From Candidatus Heimdallarchaeota archaeon (GTDB lineage Archaea > Asgardarchaeota > Heimdallarchaeia > JABLTI01), in the NCBI GenBank assembly GCA_019058275.1, contig JAHLVW010000045.1, positions 44,316-108,315 of the forward strand: a DNA stretch of 64,000 nt, written 5' to 3'. Below are positions 61,801 through 64,000 of this stretch, one piece after another. Positions within the stretch are counted from its first letter, which is position 1. Every line of letters begins with the position of its first letter. A program made the position numbers and the translations under genes. The notes beneath the pieces were generated by a model that did no database searches, was not told the DNA's origin, and worked only from the letters and a program-made list of their open reading frames with translations.

Positions 61801-62673
61801 TTGCATAACAAAGAAAAAACCTATTCTTCAGATACAGATAAAAGTTGGTCAGAATTCATAGCAGGACAATATAAAGGGGCACTTCTTCTTAGTGATCATT
61901 TTCTTGAGGAACATAAATACTCAGATGTGGAAAAAGTACTTGCTAGCGCGATAAGAATGTGCCCAGAACAAGCACTTGGTTATGCAAAACTTGGTGAATT
62001 TTACTTGGAGTATGGTGGGAAAAAGTCCGATGCATTGTGGTGCTTGAATAAAGCTCAACAATTAGATCCTTTAAATGTTGAAAATCTATTGAATCTTTGT
62101 TCATTTTATGAACTCGTAGGTCGATTTAAGGAAGCAAGAGAAATTGGTGAAAAAATTTTGGAACTAGCTCCTGATAATCACAGGTCGTTAGTTATTCTTG
62201 GATGCCATTATGCAAACGATGGTCAATATAATAAAGCATTGCAGTTTTTAGAAAAAGCAACTAAGATTGATTCATCAAATGAAGCTGCTTGGTTTAACCT
62301 TTCAATTCTTCACCACAAACAAGGAAATATACAAGAAGAGTTGAAATGTTTAGAACATGCTATTGGAATAAATCCTTTTTGTTTTGAATATTGGTGTCAA
62401 TTAGGATTCAGCTACAAATCATTAGGCGAATTTGATGAGTGTTTAGAATGTTTCTGGCGTGCAAACAAGATAGCTATATTTGATCCATCAATTATTTTTG
62501 AAATTGCAGTTGTACATGCAATTAAAAAAGAAAAAGAAACAACGTTGGATATTTTAAAACTTGTTAGGGATGATGATTTTCCACTTCATGATGAAATTTT
62601 GAAAGAAGAAGCCTTTAACTTTCTTAAATCGGACAAAGATTTTCAATTACTACTTGCTAGTTTATCTGCTTAA
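61801..62673 (+). CDS. TPR repeat protein
   Basis: Repeated 34-aa units of the form W/Y..LG..Y...G...A...L.KA..(L/I)(D/N)P. Confidence 0.9.
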   Translation: MHNKEKTYSSDTDKSWSEFIAGQYKGALLLSDHFLEEHKYSDVEKVLASAIRMCPEQALGYAKLGEFYLEYGGKKSDALWCLNKAQQLDPLNVENLLNLCSFYELVGRFKEAREIGEKILELAPDNHRSLVILGCHYANDGQYNKALQFLEKATKIDSSNEAAWFNLSILHHKQGNIQEELKCLEHAIGINPFCFEYWCQLGFSYKSLGEFDECLECFWRANKIAIFDPSIIFEIAVVHAIKKEKETTLDILKLVRDDDFPLHDEILKEEAFNFLKSDKDFQLLLASLSA

Positions 62674-62730
62674 CAAAATCACAAGGAGAATTCTACTATA
62701 AGTAATAATTTTAATTACTAATGATTGATT

Positions 62731-62763
62731 TCGCGGATTCGAATTCCGCCCCAGCTACCATTA
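62731..62763 (+). repeat. Copy 2 of the tRNA-Pro 3' end (att/TSD-like)
   Basis: TCGCGGATTCGAATTCCGCCCCAGCTACCATTA differs from 48505-48537 at 3 positions. Confidence 0.85.
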
Positions 62764-62880
62764 TCTTATTCTTCGTATTTTTGTAATTTTATTTCATCTA
62801 TGGTCTTTTCTCTATTTGGTTAGTTTATTTTTCCTATTTCTTGACCAAGTTTAAAAGCTTAGAAAGTCACTATTTTACTG

Positions 62881-63216
62881 ATGATTATGTCTCTCTCACT
62901 TCACCAACAGGCTCTCACTGCTTTTCTTACAAAGCTTCAAAAAGATTATTCCCCCCTATTAGAGCGAATCATACTTTTTGGTTCTTATAGCAAAGGTGAA
63001 GCCTTACCTGAAAGTGATATTGATGTTTTGATTATAATTACAACTGAAGATTTCCGTTTAAGACGTGCTATTATTTCTTTGAGCGCAGAAATCTTTCTTC
63101 AATATGCAGTTGATATTTCACCTAAAGTACTTTCTTTACATGATTTTGAACTCGCGCAAAAAAGGAATAATCTCTTTATACAACATATTCTTTCAGAAGG
63201 TGAAATCATTGTATGA
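62881..63216 (+). CDS. Minimal nucleotidyltransferase (MNT) antitoxin
   Basis: ILFGSYSKGEA...SDIDVL motif; C-terminal ILSEGEII. Confidence 0.92.
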   Translation: MIMSLSLHQQALTAFLTKLQKDYSPLLERIILFGSYSKGEALPESDIDVLIIITTEDFRLRRAIISLSAEIFLQYAVDISPKVLSLHDFELAQKRNNLFIQHILSEGEIIV

Positions 63217-63579
63217 GGAGCAAATTGCACAAGCTGAAGAGAAGCTCCGAGTTGCAGAGTTTCTTTTAAAAGAAGGATTTTACAACGATGCCGTTAGTCG
63301 AGCTTACTATTGCATTTTCTTTGCAGCATCTGCACTTCTTTCCACAAAAGGCATTTCCATAAAACGCATAAAGGTCTTCTTTCACAGTTTAGTTTAGAAT
63401 TTACTAAAACAGGCCAAATTGATGATTCTTTTATCAAAGCTTTTAAGATTGCTAAGGAGTTACGGGAAGAAGCTGATTATTCTATTGTTAGACAATTGTC
63501 GCGAGAGGAAGCTCTCTCTGTTCTTGCAGATGCTAAAAAGTTTCTTATGAAAACAAAGCAAATTATAAAAGAAATATAA
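63209..63579 (+). pseudogene. HEPN domain protein, frameshifted at the A-run near 63361
   Basis: GGTGA SD and TTG start at 63209. AVSRAYY..F.AASALL is in one frame and KTHKG...REEADY in the next; adding one A restores a single ORF. Confidence 0.8.
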
Positions 63580-63807
63580 ATTACAACAGATAAAGGCTAT
63601 TACGCTAATAAAACATTCTTTTATGGGCAGTCTTGATAGAAGGACGTGGGAGTTCAAAGGGCGTTTTCCCTTAGATCACGAATTCAACTCCCGTTCTCCG
63701 CTTCTTTTGTTTTATTTTTATTATGACAATAATTAAATTAGTTGGTATTTGGTTTGATATTCCTCCAGAAGAGATAGAGGAACTCAAACGATCTGCTCAA
63801 GGTCCTT

Positions 63808-63836
63808 GATTCGAATTCCACCCCGGCCACCATTAC
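63808..63836 (+). repeat. Copy 3 of the tRNA-Pro 3' end, closing a ~1.1 kb MNT-HEPN cassette
   Basis: GATTCGAATTCCACCCCGGCCACCATTAC differs from 48510-48538 at 2 positions. Confidence 0.85.
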
Positions 63837-64000
63837 CTTTTCTTTCCTATTTCTATATACTACGTGATAGCCTTTTCTTATGAATTAAAAAATTAATTGT
63901 TCTATAATAACTAGTTGTAACCAAAATGTCAAGTATCTTATAGTTGTAGGGAGAATAATTGTCATTTGAAAAGACAATTACTAATCAACCTAAAACTTAG

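Larger units (their letters stand above)
48505..62763. mobile_element. ~14.2 kb tRNA-Pro-integrated element encoding a divergent Cas1, helicases and nucleases
   Basis: Bounded by 33-bp direct repeats at 48505-48537 and 62731-62763 (30/33 identical); the gene content is entirely accessory. Confidence 0.8.

Noticed and set aside
48539-62730. Canonical casposon (PolB plus terminal inverted repeats)
   Set aside because: There are no PolB motifs. The ends share only a short AT-rich match (TTAGTAATTA-like), which is expected by chance.
63625-63702. tRNA-Sec (TTCAAA loop)
   Set aside because: No anticodon stem or acceptor stem can be formed.
48539-63836. Tyrosine or serine recombinase explaining the att-like repeats
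   Set aside because: No ORF shows the R...HxxR...Y or serine-resolvase motifs. One could still lie beyond 64000.
48539-64000. CRISPR array, cas2 or Cascade genes near the Cas1-like gene
   Set aside because: I see no regularly spaced short repeats and no ORF resembling Cas2 or RAMP proteins in the window.

Overview
This is AT-rich archaeal DNA, most consistent with an Asgard (Heimdallarchaeia-like) genome. That assignment is an inference from the NMD3-DUF424-aIF2beta cluster, the archaeal TopA and TrpRS, a giant TrmB-HTH/helical protein and low GC. Bases 1-34 kb carry housekeeping and energy genes: trpS, tRNA-Ala(CGC), topA, iorAB, nmd3, aIF2beta, an MTA phosphorylase, an HdrA with an inserted GltD/NfnB-like module, and a HydABC/NuoEFG-like plus NfnSL operon preceded by two multi-CxxC paralogues. 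Bases 34-48 kb are a patchwork of accessory enzymes with several frameshifted genes and a 1.6 kb islet bounded by a duplicated tRNA-Thr 3' end. The main discovery lies at 48.5-63.8 kb. The 3' ~30 bp of tRNA-Pro(TGG) recurs at 62731-62763 and 63808-63836, delimiting a ~14.2 kb element and a ~1.1 kb MNT-HEPN cassette. I found no tyrosine or serine recombinase, PolB, cas2 or CRISPR array. Instead, the large element carries a six-gene operon built around a highly divergent Cas1/casposase-like protein that appears to retain its catalytic residues (E184, H266, D281/D284). Its partners are a Rep-like wHTH protein, an inactivated Hel308-like/Zn-finger protein, a second wHTH protein, an Hrq1/DUF1998-like helicase and a metallophosphoesterase. 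The element also has a GC-rich hairpin region, a LAGLIDADG-XRE fusion, a dual PD-(D/E)xK nuclease and a TPR protein. It is a candidate PolB-less, Cas1-mobilised, tRNA-targeting element. All family calls come from reading motifs by eye, not from database searches.
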